Shown one piece after another: positions 1-8,382 of a stretch of DNA of 56,150 nucleotides (position 1 is its first letter; each line of letters begins with the position of its first letter). A program made the translations under genes and the position numbers. Source of the DNA: a virus (Duplodnaviria > Caudoviricetes). The stretch lies in IMG/VR virus record IMGVR_UViG_3300045283_000278, positions 1 through 56,150 of that record; one strand, written 5' to 3'. The notes under the pieces are model-generated. The model had not been told where the DNA came from and did not search any database. It saw only the letters and a program-made list of their open reading frames with translations.

Positions 1-34
1 TGCGCCTTGAGGTCCGTACGGGTTCCCATCTTCG

Positions 35-75
35 GCCGGGCGCTGCATAGCGCCCGGCGCCCCTCTGCACAGAGG
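35..75 (+). promoter_or_regulatory. Two GCAY-loop hairpins in the terS leader; second one contains the RBS
   Basis: gccgggcgct-GCAT-agcgcccggc (35-58) and cctct-GCAC-agagg (62-75). Confidence 0.55.
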
Positions 76-82
76 ACATGCC

Positions 83-670
83 ATGCCAGGACCGCTCCCT
101 ACGGGCTCCGCCCGCCGTCGGAATAGCCCGACGATCCCTCGCACAAGCCTGCCCGCAGGCGGCCGGAAGGGCCGCCCTCCGAACGTGCCCGGCGCGTACT
201 CCCTCGGGGAAGCCGGCAAGTCATGGTGGAAGTGGGCCTGGACCACCCCGCAGGCGACGGGCTGGGACGCGAGCGCCCTCTATACCGCGGCGCGCCGCGC
301 GTCGCTCGAGGACGACCTCGCCGCGCTCGAGCTGACCGCGTTCGACGACCTCGAGGACGCCCTGCTCGAGTTGGTGGGCGCTGACGGCGACGACCGGCGC
401 GTGCGCTCGGCGATCACGGACCTCGAGTTCGGCGTGCGCCGGCTCAAGGGCCTCGCCGGCGGCCGCGTCGGCGTGATGAAGGAAATGCGCGAGCTCGACG
501 GCAAGCTCGGGCTGAATCCGAAGGCGCTCGCCGAGCTCCGCTGGACGATCCTCGCTGAGGAAGACACCAGCGCGGCGCCGGCGCCGGCGCCGCCGACGCC
601 GCCGACGCCGCCGAGCGGGTCGAAGCGGCAGCCGGCTGAGCCGAAGGTGCGCCAGCTCCGCGCGGTCTGA
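83..670 (+). CDS. terS: Terminase small subunit
   Basis: Directly upstream of TerL; MPGP..RRRN start, W-rich segment (WWKWAWTTPQA), C-terminal ELDGKLGLNPKALAELRW typical of actinophage TerS. Confidence 0.8.
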   Translation: MPGPLPTGSARRRNSPTIPRTSLPAGGRKGRPPNVPGAYSLGEAGKSWWKWAWTTPQATGWDASALYTAARRASLEDDLAALELTAFDDLEDALLELVGADGDDRRVRSAITDLEFGVRRLKGLAGGRVGVMKEMRELDGKLGLNPKALAELRWTILAEEDTSAAPAPAPPTPPTPPSGSKRQPAEPKVRQLRAV

Positions 671-672
671 CC

Positions 673-2535
673 GTGGCCAAGGCCCGCTGCGCGGAGTGCG
701 GCGGCACGAAGTGGACGACCACGGGCACGCGCGACGAGCGCGGCCGCTGCGTCGAGTGCAACGTCTTCCCCACGCTCGGCTACGTCGTCGCCGAGTTCAT
801 CCAGGACGTCTGCGTCATCCCCGACCGCGCCGTCGCCGGCCGGCCGTTCGCCCTCAGCGACCAGCAGTACCTCCACCTCCTGCGCCAGTACCGGCTGTGG
901 CCGACCGCGACCTACGACGAGGACCGGCCCGCCGCCCCGTTCGTCTTCACCGGCTCGCTCCTCGTCCGGTCGCAGAAGTGGGGCAAGGGCCCGTTCAGCT
1001 CCGCGCGCATCGCCGCGCAGGCCGTCGGTCCGGTGCTCTTCGCCGGCTGGGACGCCGACGGCCAGCCCGTCGGCATGCCGTGGGCGACGCCGCACATCCA
1101 GGTCGCCGCGGTCGCCGAGGACCAGACCGAGAACATCTGGCGCGCGCTCAAGCCGATGATCGAGCTGAGCCCCAAGCTCTGGGCGCTCATCCCCGACACC
1201 GGCCTCGACCGCATGAACCTCCCCGGCGGCGGGATCATCGAGCGCGTCTCGAGCGCCGCGACGACCCGCCTCGGCGCCCGCCTGTCTTACCTCGAGATCG
1301 ACCAGCCCGAGTCGATGACGAAGTCCAACGGCGGCGAGAAGCTCTTCGACACGCTGCTGCGGAACGTCGCGGGTATGGGTGGTCGATGGGCCGCGACCGG
1401 CAACGCCCACGACCCGACCGAGCGCTCGGTGCAGCAGACGCTCGTCGAGGTTCCCCTCGACGACGCGTACATCGACTGGCCCGACCCGCCGAAGGGCTCG
1501 TGGGGCAACAAGCGCGAGCGGCGGCGGATCCTCCGCCACGCCTATAAGGGCTCCCCGTGGGTCGACATCGACCGCATCGAGTCCGACTGCGACCGGCTCG
1601 CGAAGAAGGGCGACCCCGGCCAGGCCGAGCGCTTCTTCGGCAACCGCATCGTCGCCGGCGCCGACAAAGCCTTCGACCTCGACGCCTACAAGACGCTCAA
1701 GGCGCTCATCGCGATCCCGCCCGGCCGGCCGGTCACTCTCGGCTTCGACGGCTCGCTCACGAACGACGCCACCGGCCTCGTCGTCACCGACATCGAGCTC
1801 GGCCACCAGGCCGTCGTCGACTGGTGGAAGCGCCCGCCGGAGATCCCCGAGGACGAGGAGTGGACCGTCCCAATCGTCGAGGTCGACGAGGCCGTCGCCT
1901 TCGCGTTCAGCACCTGGAAGGTGTGGCGCCTCTACGGCGACCCACCGCACTACCGCGACGACATGAACCGCTGGGCCGGCGAGTACGGCTCCGACCGCGT
2001 GATCGAGTGGTGGACGAGCTCACGCCGGCGGATGGCGATCGCGCTGCGCGAGTACCGCACCGACATGCGCCCCGGCGTCATGTCCCACGGGCCCCTCATC
2101 CTCGAGCCCGATGTCGAGCCGACCACCGATCGCCTCGAGGCACACGCCGCTCTCGTCGAGCATCACGGCAACTCGGTCCGCCGGCCGACGAACATGCGCG
2201 ACGAGGACGATGGCACCTTCCTCTGGCTCATCGGGAAGGCGAGCGCCAAGTCCCCGCACAAGATCGACCTCGCCATGGCCGCGGTCCTCGCCTGGATCGG
2301 CCGAGGCCACGCGATCCGGGACGGCGTCTTGAAAGAGGAGACCTACGGCCGCGCATCGTGGTCCGGCGGCCAGGGCGCGGGCAACGGCAAGCCGGTCACG
2401 CGCGACGACTACCTGCCGTGCGTCGGCTGCGGCAAGCCGATCCATCCCTCGCTGCACGCCAAGGGCGCCGCGGAGGGCGGCCGGTGCCTCAAGTGCCGGC
2501 GCGACGCCGGCGACACAACCACCGCCCGCTGGTAG
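673..2535 (+). CDS. terL: Terminase large subunit with Cys4 extensions at both ends
   Basis: Walker A-like RSQKWGKGP, AAVAEDQT, nuclease LGFDGS..DAT and KIDLAMAA motifs; position before portal. Confidence 0.93.
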   Translation: MAKARCAECGGTKWTTTGTRDERGRCVECNVFPTLGYVVAEFIQDVCVIPDRAVAGRPFALSDQQYLHLLRQYRLWPTATYDEDRPAAPFVFTGSLLVRSQKWGKGPFSSARIAAQAVGPVLFAGWDADGQPVGMPWATPHIQVAAVAEDQTENIWRALKPMIELSPKLWALIPDTGLDRMNLPGGGIIERVSSAATTRLGARLSYLEIDQPESMTKSNGGEKLFDTLLRNVAGMGGRWAATGNAHDPTERSVQQTLVEVPLDDAYIDWPDPPKGSWGNKRERRRILRHAYKGSPWVDIDRIESDCDRLAKKGDPGQAERFFGNRIVAGADKAFDLDAYKTLKALIAIPPGRPVTLGFDGSLTNDATGLVVTDIELGHQAVVDWWKRPPEIPEDEEWTVPIVEVDEAVAFAFSTWKVWRLYGDPPHYRDDMNRWAGEYGSDRVIEWWTSSRRRMAIALREYRTDMRPGVMSHGPLILEPDVEPTTDRLEAHAALVEHHGNSVRRPTNMRDEDDGTFLWLIGKASAKSPHKIDLAMAAVLAWIGRGHAIRDGVLKEETYGRASWSGGQGAGNGKPVTRDDYLPCVGCGKPIHPSLHAKGAAEGGRCLKCRRDAGDTTTARW

Positions 2536-2550
2536 CCGAGGAGGTGAGCG

Positions 2551-3978
2551 GTGCCCGACATCAAGGACTTCGCGCCGCTGCTCGACAAGCTGCTCGGCGA
2601 GCTCGACAAGCGCTGCAAGGTCACCACGCGCCTCAACAAGTACGTCGAGGGCACCGCACCCGTGCCCGATGCCGTCGCTTCGGCGCGCCTCACCAAGGCG
2701 TACGAGCGGCTCATGGGCATGTCCACGGCGCCATGGGCAGCGCTCGTCGTCGACACCGTCCAGGACCGGCTCGAGGTCGGCGGCATCGCCACCGGCAACT
2801 CGACCGTCGACGATCAGCTGTGGACGATCTGGCGGGCGAACGCCATGGACGCCGAGTCGAAGCTCGGTCACCACGGCGCGCTTGTCGATGGTCGCGTGTT
2901 CGCGACGATCTGGCCCAACGACAATGGGGTCCCCGAGATCGTCCTCGACAGCTCCGACCAGATGGTCGTCATGTACATCGAGGGCCGCCACCAGCCGGGC
3001 TACCGCGTCGCGGCGCTGCGCCGCTGGGTCGACGCCGACACCGGCCGGCAGCACATCACGCTCTACCGACGCGACGCGCTCTTCAAGTTCCGCGAGTCCA
3101 AGGACCAGAACGACGCCACCGGGCGCGTACTGGCCGGCGGCAAGTGGTGGGAGCAACGTGAGGAGATCGGCCGCGACGGCGCTCCCGAACCGTGGCCTCT
3201 CGAGAACTCGTACGGCGTCGTGCCGGTCGTCGAGATCGCCACGAACCGGCGCCTGCAGTCCGGGCCGTTCCCGTACGCCTGCGGCGAGTTCCAGCGCGCG
3301 ACGGGGCTCATCGACCGCATCAACCTCCTGACCTTCCTCGGTCTCGTCGTCGCGCTCTGGATGGGCTTCCCGCTGCGCTATGTCGTCGGCGACAAGATCC
3401 TCCGCGACGACGACGGCAACGAGATCCCGCCGTTCGAGTCCAAGCCCGACGAGGTCGCGCAGTTCGAGAACCCCGAGGCGAAGCTCGGGCAGCTCGCACC
3501 GGCCGACCGGAAGAACCTGAGCGTCTTCGACGAGCTCGCGCAGCTCGCCTACGTCACGAAGACACCGGCGCACTACTTCCCGCAGAGCACCGGCCTCTCG
3601 AACATCTCGGCCGACACCATCCGGGCGCTCGAGGGCGGCCTGCACGCCAAGACCGACGGCATCCACAAGCCGCAGATCGGCGGCGGCTGGGAAGAGGTCC
3701 TGCGCGTAGCCGGCCTGATGAACGACGTCGAGATCAAGGTGCCGCCCACCGCGACGCTGTCGTGGGTGCCGCGCGAGTCGCGGTCACTCGCCGAGGCCGC
3801 CGATGCCGCAGCCAAGCTCAAGGACATCCTGCCCTTCCAGGTGATCGCCGACAAGTATCTCGGGATGGGCCAGGAGGAGATTCGGCGCGCCGAGAGCGAC
3901 ATGGCGACGTCGGCGCTCACCACCCTGCTGCACGCCGCCGAGACCCCGCCAGCCGCGCCCGCGCCGGTCGCCGCCTAG
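2551..3978 (+). CDS. Portal protein (SPP1 gp6-like)
   Basis: 475 aa after TerL; GGAGG RBS; LVVDTVQDRL, IWRANAMD, GVVPVVE, LIDRIN, NISAD motifs. Confidence 0.9.
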   Translation: MPDIKDFAPLLDKLLGELDKRCKVTTRLNKYVEGTAPVPDAVASARLTKAYERLMGMSTAPWAALVVDTVQDRLEVGGIATGNSTVDDQLWTIWRANAMDAESKLGHHGALVDGRVFATIWPNDNGVPEIVLDSSDQMVVMYIEGRHQPGYRVAALRRWVDADTGRQHITLYRRDALFKFRESKDQNDATGRVLAGGKWWEQREEIGRDGAPEPWPLENSYGVVPVVEIATNRRLQSGPFPYACGEFQRATGLIDRINLLTFLGLVVALWMGFPLRYVVGDKILRDDDGNEIPPFESKPDEVAQFENPEAKLGQLAPADRKNLSVFDELAQLAYVTKTPAHYFPQSTGLSNISADTIRALEGGLHAKTDGIHKPQIGGGWEEVLRVAGLMNDVEIKVPPTATLSWVPRESRSLAEAADAAAKLKDILPFQVIADKYLGMGQEEIRRAESDMATSALTTLLHAAETPPAAPAPVAA

Positions 3979-3981
3979 CCC

Positions 3982-4701
3982 ATGGCGGTCGTCACCGCGC
4001 AGCAGGAGGCGGCGCTCACCGCCGCGCACCTCGAGGCGCAGGCCCGTCTGCGGCAGCGCGTCGCCACGGCAGCCGTGGCCGCCTGGCAGAACCTCCGGTC
4101 CTATGACGAGGAGGACGTCGCGCCGTGGCTCGCGATCATCGTGCCGCTCATCTACGTCGGTCAGCGCACCGCGGTCTCGCTCGTCGACGCGTTCGTCGCC
4201 TCGGTGCTCGGGCGCCGTCCGATCGGCCTCGACTCCGAGCGGGTCGTCTCCCGCGTCCGGCCGGGCGTGAGCCCGGAGACGCAGTGGCGCCGCCCGTTCG
4301 TGACGGTCTGGAGTGACCTCCAGAACCAGCAGACCTGGGAGCACGCCGTGAGCGCCGCCGGCAGCCGCATCGACGCGATGGCCCAGATGGACATGCAGCT
4401 CGCGCACATCGGCGCCTATCAGGCCGCCCAGGACGCGGACCCGACGACGATCCAGGGCTTCCGCCGCAAGGCGGACCCCGGCGCGTGCAAGTTCTGCCGG
4501 CTCGTCGATGGCGCCTACGTCAAGCGCGCGGACGCCTCGCCGCTGCACGACCGCTGCGGCTGCGGGCTCGTCCCGCGCATTGAGCCTGCCCACCCGACGC
4601 CGCTACCTGCCGGTGTCGCCGTCCACGAGCACGGCGAGCTCGGCCCGACACTCGCCGACCCGGCGCACGACTTCACCACCCACGCCGACCTGGCTGCCTG
4701 A
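3982..4701 (+). CDS. MuF-like minor head / capsid maturation protein
   Basis: After portal; C-terminal ACKFC...HDRCGC metal-binding motif. Confidence 0.75.
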   Translation: MAVVTAQQEAALTAAHLEAQARLRQRVATAAVAAWQNLRSYDEEDVAPWLAIIVPLIYVGQRTAVSLVDAFVASVLGRRPIGLDSERVVSRVRPGVSPETQWRRPFVTVWSDLQNQQTWEHAVSAAGSRIDAMAQMDMQLAHIGAYQAAQDADPTTIQGFRRKADPGACKFCRLVDGAYVKRADASPLHDRCGCGLVPRIEPAHPTPLPAGVAVHEHGELGPTLADPAHDFTTHADLAA

Positions 4702-4720
4702 CCCGTCAAGGGAGGACCCC

Positions 4721-5026
4721 ATGGCCATCGAGAACGCGACCATCACGGTCGGCACCACACCTACCCTTCTCGCCGAGAACACGGGCGACCAGAACGCCTC
4801 CGCGGACTGGGCGAAGGTCACGTTCACGCTCAAGATCCAGACGCACACCGCCACGGTCTTCCTCGGCGACAAAAACGTCGCTACGAGCGGTGCGCACGCC
4901 GGCTACCCGTGGGAGGTCGGCGACGGCAACCGCCTCGAGGGCCTCGAGCTCGAGCCCGGCGAGCAGCTCTTCGGCGTCGTGGCCACCGGCACCCAGGTGA
5001 TTTCGCGCTTCAAGACCGGCCGCTGA
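4721..5026 (+). CDS. Small beta-rich virion protein (possible head decoration), 101 aa
   Basis: GGAGG RBS before ATG 4721; beta-strand pattern; located in head module. Confidence 0.55.
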   Translation: MAIENATITVGTTPTLLAENTGDQNASADWAKVTFTLKIQTHTATVFLGDKNVATSGAHAGYPWEVGDGNRLEGLELEPGEQLFGVVATGTQVISRFKTGR

Positions 5027-5079
5027 CACGGCCCGCACACCGGTCGCCGCATGGCGACCCCAACCAGAGGAGAGGCCGC

Positions 5080-5868
5080 ATGGCTTCGACGACCCTGCCG
5101 ATGCTCGACGAGATCCTCGAGCACGCAGCGACGCTCGTGCCCGCATGGGACGAGCTCCACGCTGGCATCCCTGCCTGGCACCCTCGGAATGAGGACCCAC
5201 CGGATCCCGATCCCGATCCGGACCCCGATCCCGATCCGGACCCAGACCCAGACCCGGACCCGGACCCAGACCCCGATCCGGACCCCGCCGCGCGCAAGGG
5301 CGAGCCGGACTGGAAGGCCCAGTCGCGGAAGCACGAGCGCGAGTCCAAGAAGGCGCGCAAGGAAGCCGAGGAGCTCCGCGCCAAGCTCAAGGAGCGCGAG
5401 GACGCCGATCGCACCGAGCAGGAGAAGGCGATCGACGAGGCGCGCAACGCCGGTCGCGCCGAGGCGCTCACCGAGGCCCAGAAGGAACGGCGGGCCGACC
5501 GTCTCGAGGGCGCGGTGCTGCGCCTGGCCGCGAAGGGCATCGAGCTTGGCGAGGGCGACAAGGCCCGGACCGTGAAGTTCGAGGACCCCGAGGACGCGCA
5601 CGTGTTCATCGAGCGCGCCATCGCGCGCGGCGACATCGACGAGGACGACGTCTTCGACGACCAGGGCAAGGTCAAGACCGACGCGATCACCGAGGCGCTC
5701 GCAGACCTCCTCGACCGTAAGCCGCGGCTCGCCGCCGGCGAGAACGGCAACGGCAGCGGCCGGCCCCGGCCGCAGGGCGGCGCGGACGCCGGTCGCGGCG
5801 CCGGCGCCGGCAAGGGGCTCGACGACATGAGCCCCGACGACCACCTCAAGGCCATCCAGAAGAAGTAA
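5080..5868 (+). CDS. Capsid scaffolding protein
   Basis: GAGG RBS before ATG 5080; acidic (DP)n tract, DWKAQSRKHE coiled coil, LLDRKPRLAA and GADAG C-terminal motifs; upstream of capsid. Confidence 0.85.
   Translation: MASTTLPMLDEILEHAATLVPAWDELHAGIPAWHPRNEDPPDPDPDPDPDPDPDPDPDPDPDPDPDPDPAARKGEPDWKAQSRKHERESKKARKEAEELRAKLKEREDADRTEQEKAIDEARNAGRAEALTEAQKERRADRLEGAVLRLAAKGIELGEGDKARTVKFEDPEDAHVFIERAIARGDIDEDDVFDDQGKVKTDAITEALADLLDRKPRLAAGENGNGSGRPRPQGGADAGRGAGAGKGLDDMSPDDHLKAIQKK
5194..5286 (+). repeat. Hexamer tandem repeat GAYCCN encoding (Asp-Pro)n
   Basis: gatcccgatcccgatccggacccc... in scaffold N-terminus. Confidence 0.9.
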
Positions 5869-6131
5869 TGGCCCCAATCCGCGTCGGCCTGCGCTTCCAA
5901 CGCCGCGACCAGCAGCGCCTCGAGGCCATGGCCGACCGCGTCCGTCGTGGGGAGATCCCCGGCGACATCACGACCTTCTCGAGCGCCGCGGATGCGGCGC
6001 GCACCGGGGAGCCGCTGATCGTCTACTGCGAGAAGCCCGCGGAGGCCCACCTGATGGCGGACCTCTACGTGCGCCTCGGCATCAGCCGACCCGCAGTCGA
6101 AGAGCTCACGGGCATGCGCCCGTCGAACTAG
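5868..6131 (+). CDS. Hypothetical protein between scaffold and capsid (87 aa)
   Basis: TAATG stop/start coupling with scaffold; GC3-rich codons. Confidence 0.65.
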   Translation: MAPIRVGLRFQRRDQQRLEAMADRVRRGEIPGDITTFSSAADAARTGEPLIVYCEKPAEAHLMADLYVRLGISRPAVEELTGMRPSN

Positions 6132-6207
6132 CGCCGCACGGCGCACCACACCGAAGCTGCCGCACGGCGGCCACCTTCACCCATCAAGAAAGAGAGGCGT
6201 GGTCGCC

Positions 6208-7119
6208 GTGGCGAACACCTTCATCAAGCCGACCGTCATCGCGGCGCGCGGCATCGCAACGCTCTACAACGCCATCCTCCTGGCCGGCCTCGTCTGGCGG
6301 GACTTCGACGCGGACTTCCGCGGCAAGCAGGGCGACACGATCACGATCCGCAAGCCGGCCGTGTTCACCGCCACCGAGTTCAACCGCAGCACCCGCACGA
6401 CGTCGTGGCAGGACGCGACCGAGGACTCGACGACCCTCACGCTCGACAAGCTCGCGCACGTCCCGTTCCACGTCACCGACGAGCAGATGACGCTGGAGAT
6501 CAGCGACTTCCAGCAGCAGCTGCTCAACCCGGCGATGGAGGCGCTCGCACAGAAGATCGACGCTGATCTCGCCGAGGCTGGCATCGACGCCGCCGAGGGC
6601 GCCGGAGGCGGCGGGACGGTCACCATCGCCAGCAACGACCCCAACTGGGTGTTCCGGAAGGCGCGCGAGAAGCTGCAGCGCAACAAGCTGCCGGTGACCG
6701 ACCGCTACGCGGTTCTCTCGCCGGAGGCGGAGACCTCTGCGCTGGGCGACCTGACGTTCCTGCAGGCCGACCACGCTGGCAGCACGGACGCACTCCGTGA
6801 GGCCATCATCGGCCGCGCGTTCGGGTTCGCGACCTACGGGTCGCAGACGTTCGGCTACGGCCCCGGTGACCGCGGCGAGGCCGACGGTCTCGCGTTCCAC
6901 CAGTCCGCGCTGGTGCTCGCCGCCCGCCCGCTGCAGCAGCCGCGGGGCATCCCGTCGGACCAGTACTCGGTCGCGAACTACAAGAGCCTGTCGCTGCGCG
7001 TCATCTACAGCTACGACCACGACGCCAAGCAGGACCAGGTGACCGTGGACGTCCTGTACGGCGTCAAGGCCACCCGGCCGGAGGGCTGCGTGCAGCTGAA
7101 CTTCGGCCAGGGCTCCTAA
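6208..7119 (+). CDS. Major capsid protein (HK97 fold, P22-coat-like family)
   Basis: GAGAGG RBS fits GTG 6208 (ORF track 6199); LVWRDFD, GDTITIRKP, AFHQSA, VDVLYGVKATRPE motifs. Confidence 0.9.
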   Translation: MANTFIKPTVIAARGIATLYNAILLAGLVWRDFDADFRGKQGDTITIRKPAVFTATEFNRSTRTTSWQDATEDSTTLTLDKLAHVPFHVTDEQMTLEISDFQQQLLNPAMEALAQKIDADLAEAGIDAAEGAGGGGTVTIASNDPNWVFRKAREKLQRNKLPVTDRYAVLSPEAETSALGDLTFLQADHAGSTDALREAIIGRAFGFATYGSQTFGYGPGDRGEADGLAFHQSALVLAARPLQQPRGIPSDQYSVANYKSLSLRVIYSYDHDAKQDQVTVDVLYGVKATRPEGCVQLNFGQGS

Positions 7120-7137
7120 GCCACCACGAGACGCAGT

Positions 7138-7197
7138 GCCTCACGCGCCGCGCGCCCAGCGCTGGGCGCGTGAGGCCTCCTTGCTTGGCGAAAGGAG
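7138..7197 (+). promoter_or_regulatory. Post-capsid hairpin(s) plus RBS-occluding stem
   Basis: gcctcacgcgcc/ggcgcgtgaggc 12-bp stem, internal 20-bp palindrome cgcgcccagcgctgggcgcg (7151-7170), and ctcctt/aaggag stem over the SD of the next gene. Confidence 0.6.
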
Positions 7198-7203
7198 CAC
7201 GCG

Positions 7204-8379
7204 ATGACAGCAACCTTCCCGGGTACCGGCGGCGGCGGCGGTACCCCGACGGTGCCGTTGGACACACCGCCAGGTGGCGTCTTCGGTTCGACCTTCACGT
7301 GGCCTCTCGCCGGCCGTAAGGACGCCAAGCTCGGCGGCACCCTCACCACCGACCTGACGCTCACGATCACCGGCCTCTCGCAGGGCGCGCTCTTCGACAT
7401 GACGTTCGCCCAGAACGGGACCGGTGGCCACCAGGTCACTCTGATCGCCGCCGGCGACACCAAGGTCGTCGACATCAACCTCGACCCAGGAACGAGCACC
7501 AGGGTCGAGTGCATCTCTCCCGATGGCACCAACCTCGACGTCGAAACGGGCGCTGCGCCGTCGGGCACGACGTACGTGCCGTTCGCGGCGAAGACCACCG
7601 ACTACGAGGTCCTGCCCAGCGACCACAACACCTGCTTGAGCTTCGACTCGGCGAGCGAGTGCGACGCGATCATCAACGCCGACGCCGGCCACGCCCCCGG
7701 GTTCACTGTGCAGATCGCCTGCGACGGCCCCGGTGGTGTTCGTCTCGCCCCGGGCCCGGGCGTGGACCTACGCCCTGCGAGTTTCCGGTACATCCCGCAG
7801 GACTGCACGCTCTTCCTGGTCCGGCAGCCCACCGCCAACCTGTGGCGGATCCTGCTCGGTCCGAGCGACTCGGGCATCCCCACCGTCACGAGTCTCCCCA
7901 GCTCCCCAACCGACGGGCAGGAGGTCTACTTCGTCGCTGACGCGACCAACGGCGTGGAGTGGCACCTCAAGTACCGTGCCGCGGCGACCGGCTCATACAA
8001 GTGGGAGTGCCTCGGCGGCGCGCCGTTGACCACCCTGGTCGCAACGCAGCAGACCACGTCAGCAGAGTCGGCGACCGATCTCGGCACGGTCGGGCCGTCT
8101 ATCACCCTGCCGCTCGCAGGCGACTACCTGGTCGGCGTCCAGGCCGACATGAAGGCCAGCGTCGCCGGCTTGTACGTGACCTTGGCGTTCGACGGGGAGA
8201 CGGCGTGGGAGCCGTTCATGCACGCCGCCGCCGACAACCAGGAGGCCACGGTGGCCGCCGAAGCCCGCCACAACGGGCTGACCGCCGCAGCGCACAAGCT
8301 CCAATACCGGGTCGTCGGCACCGGCACTGGCACATGGTCCGGGCGCCGGCTGTCGTTGATGCCGATTCGGGTGGGCTGA
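7204..8379 (+). CDS. Modular fibre-like virion protein (391 aa)
   Basis: Modules resembling tail-fibre repeats (TLTTDLTLT..QNGTGG; TTDYEVLPSD..GFTVQI..GGVRLA; TSLPSSPTDGQEVY) and a C-terminal beta-sandwich. Confidence 0.6.
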   Translation: MTATFPGTGGGGGTPTVPLDTPPGGVFGSTFTWPLAGRKDAKLGGTLTTDLTLTITGLSQGALFDMTFAQNGTGGHQVTLIAAGDTKVVDINLDPGTSTRVECISPDGTNLDVETGAAPSGTTYVPFAAKTTDYEVLPSDHNTCLSFDSASECDAIINADAGHAPGFTVQIACDGPGGVRLAPGPGVDLRPASFRYIPQDCTLFLVRQPTANLWRILLGPSDSGIPTVTSLPSSPTDGQEVYFVADATNGVEWHLKYRAAATGSYKWECLGGAPLTTLVATQQTTSAESATDLGTVGPSITLPLAGDYLVGVQADMKASVAGLYVTLAFDGETAWEPFMHAAADNQEATVAAEARHNGLTAAAHKLQYRVVGTGTGTWSGRRLSLMPIRVG

Positions 8380-8382
8380 CCG

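Noticed and set aside
280-3666. Long minus-strand ORFs (556 and 548 aa) opposite terminase/portal, and similar ones opposite the tape measure and helicase
   Set aside because: Shadow ORFs from GC3 bias; the + strand genes carry the conserved motifs
5194-5286. Hexamer repeat as possible CRISPR or contingency locus
   Set aside because: In-frame (Asp-Pro)n with synonymous variation and no spacers; a common scaffold feature
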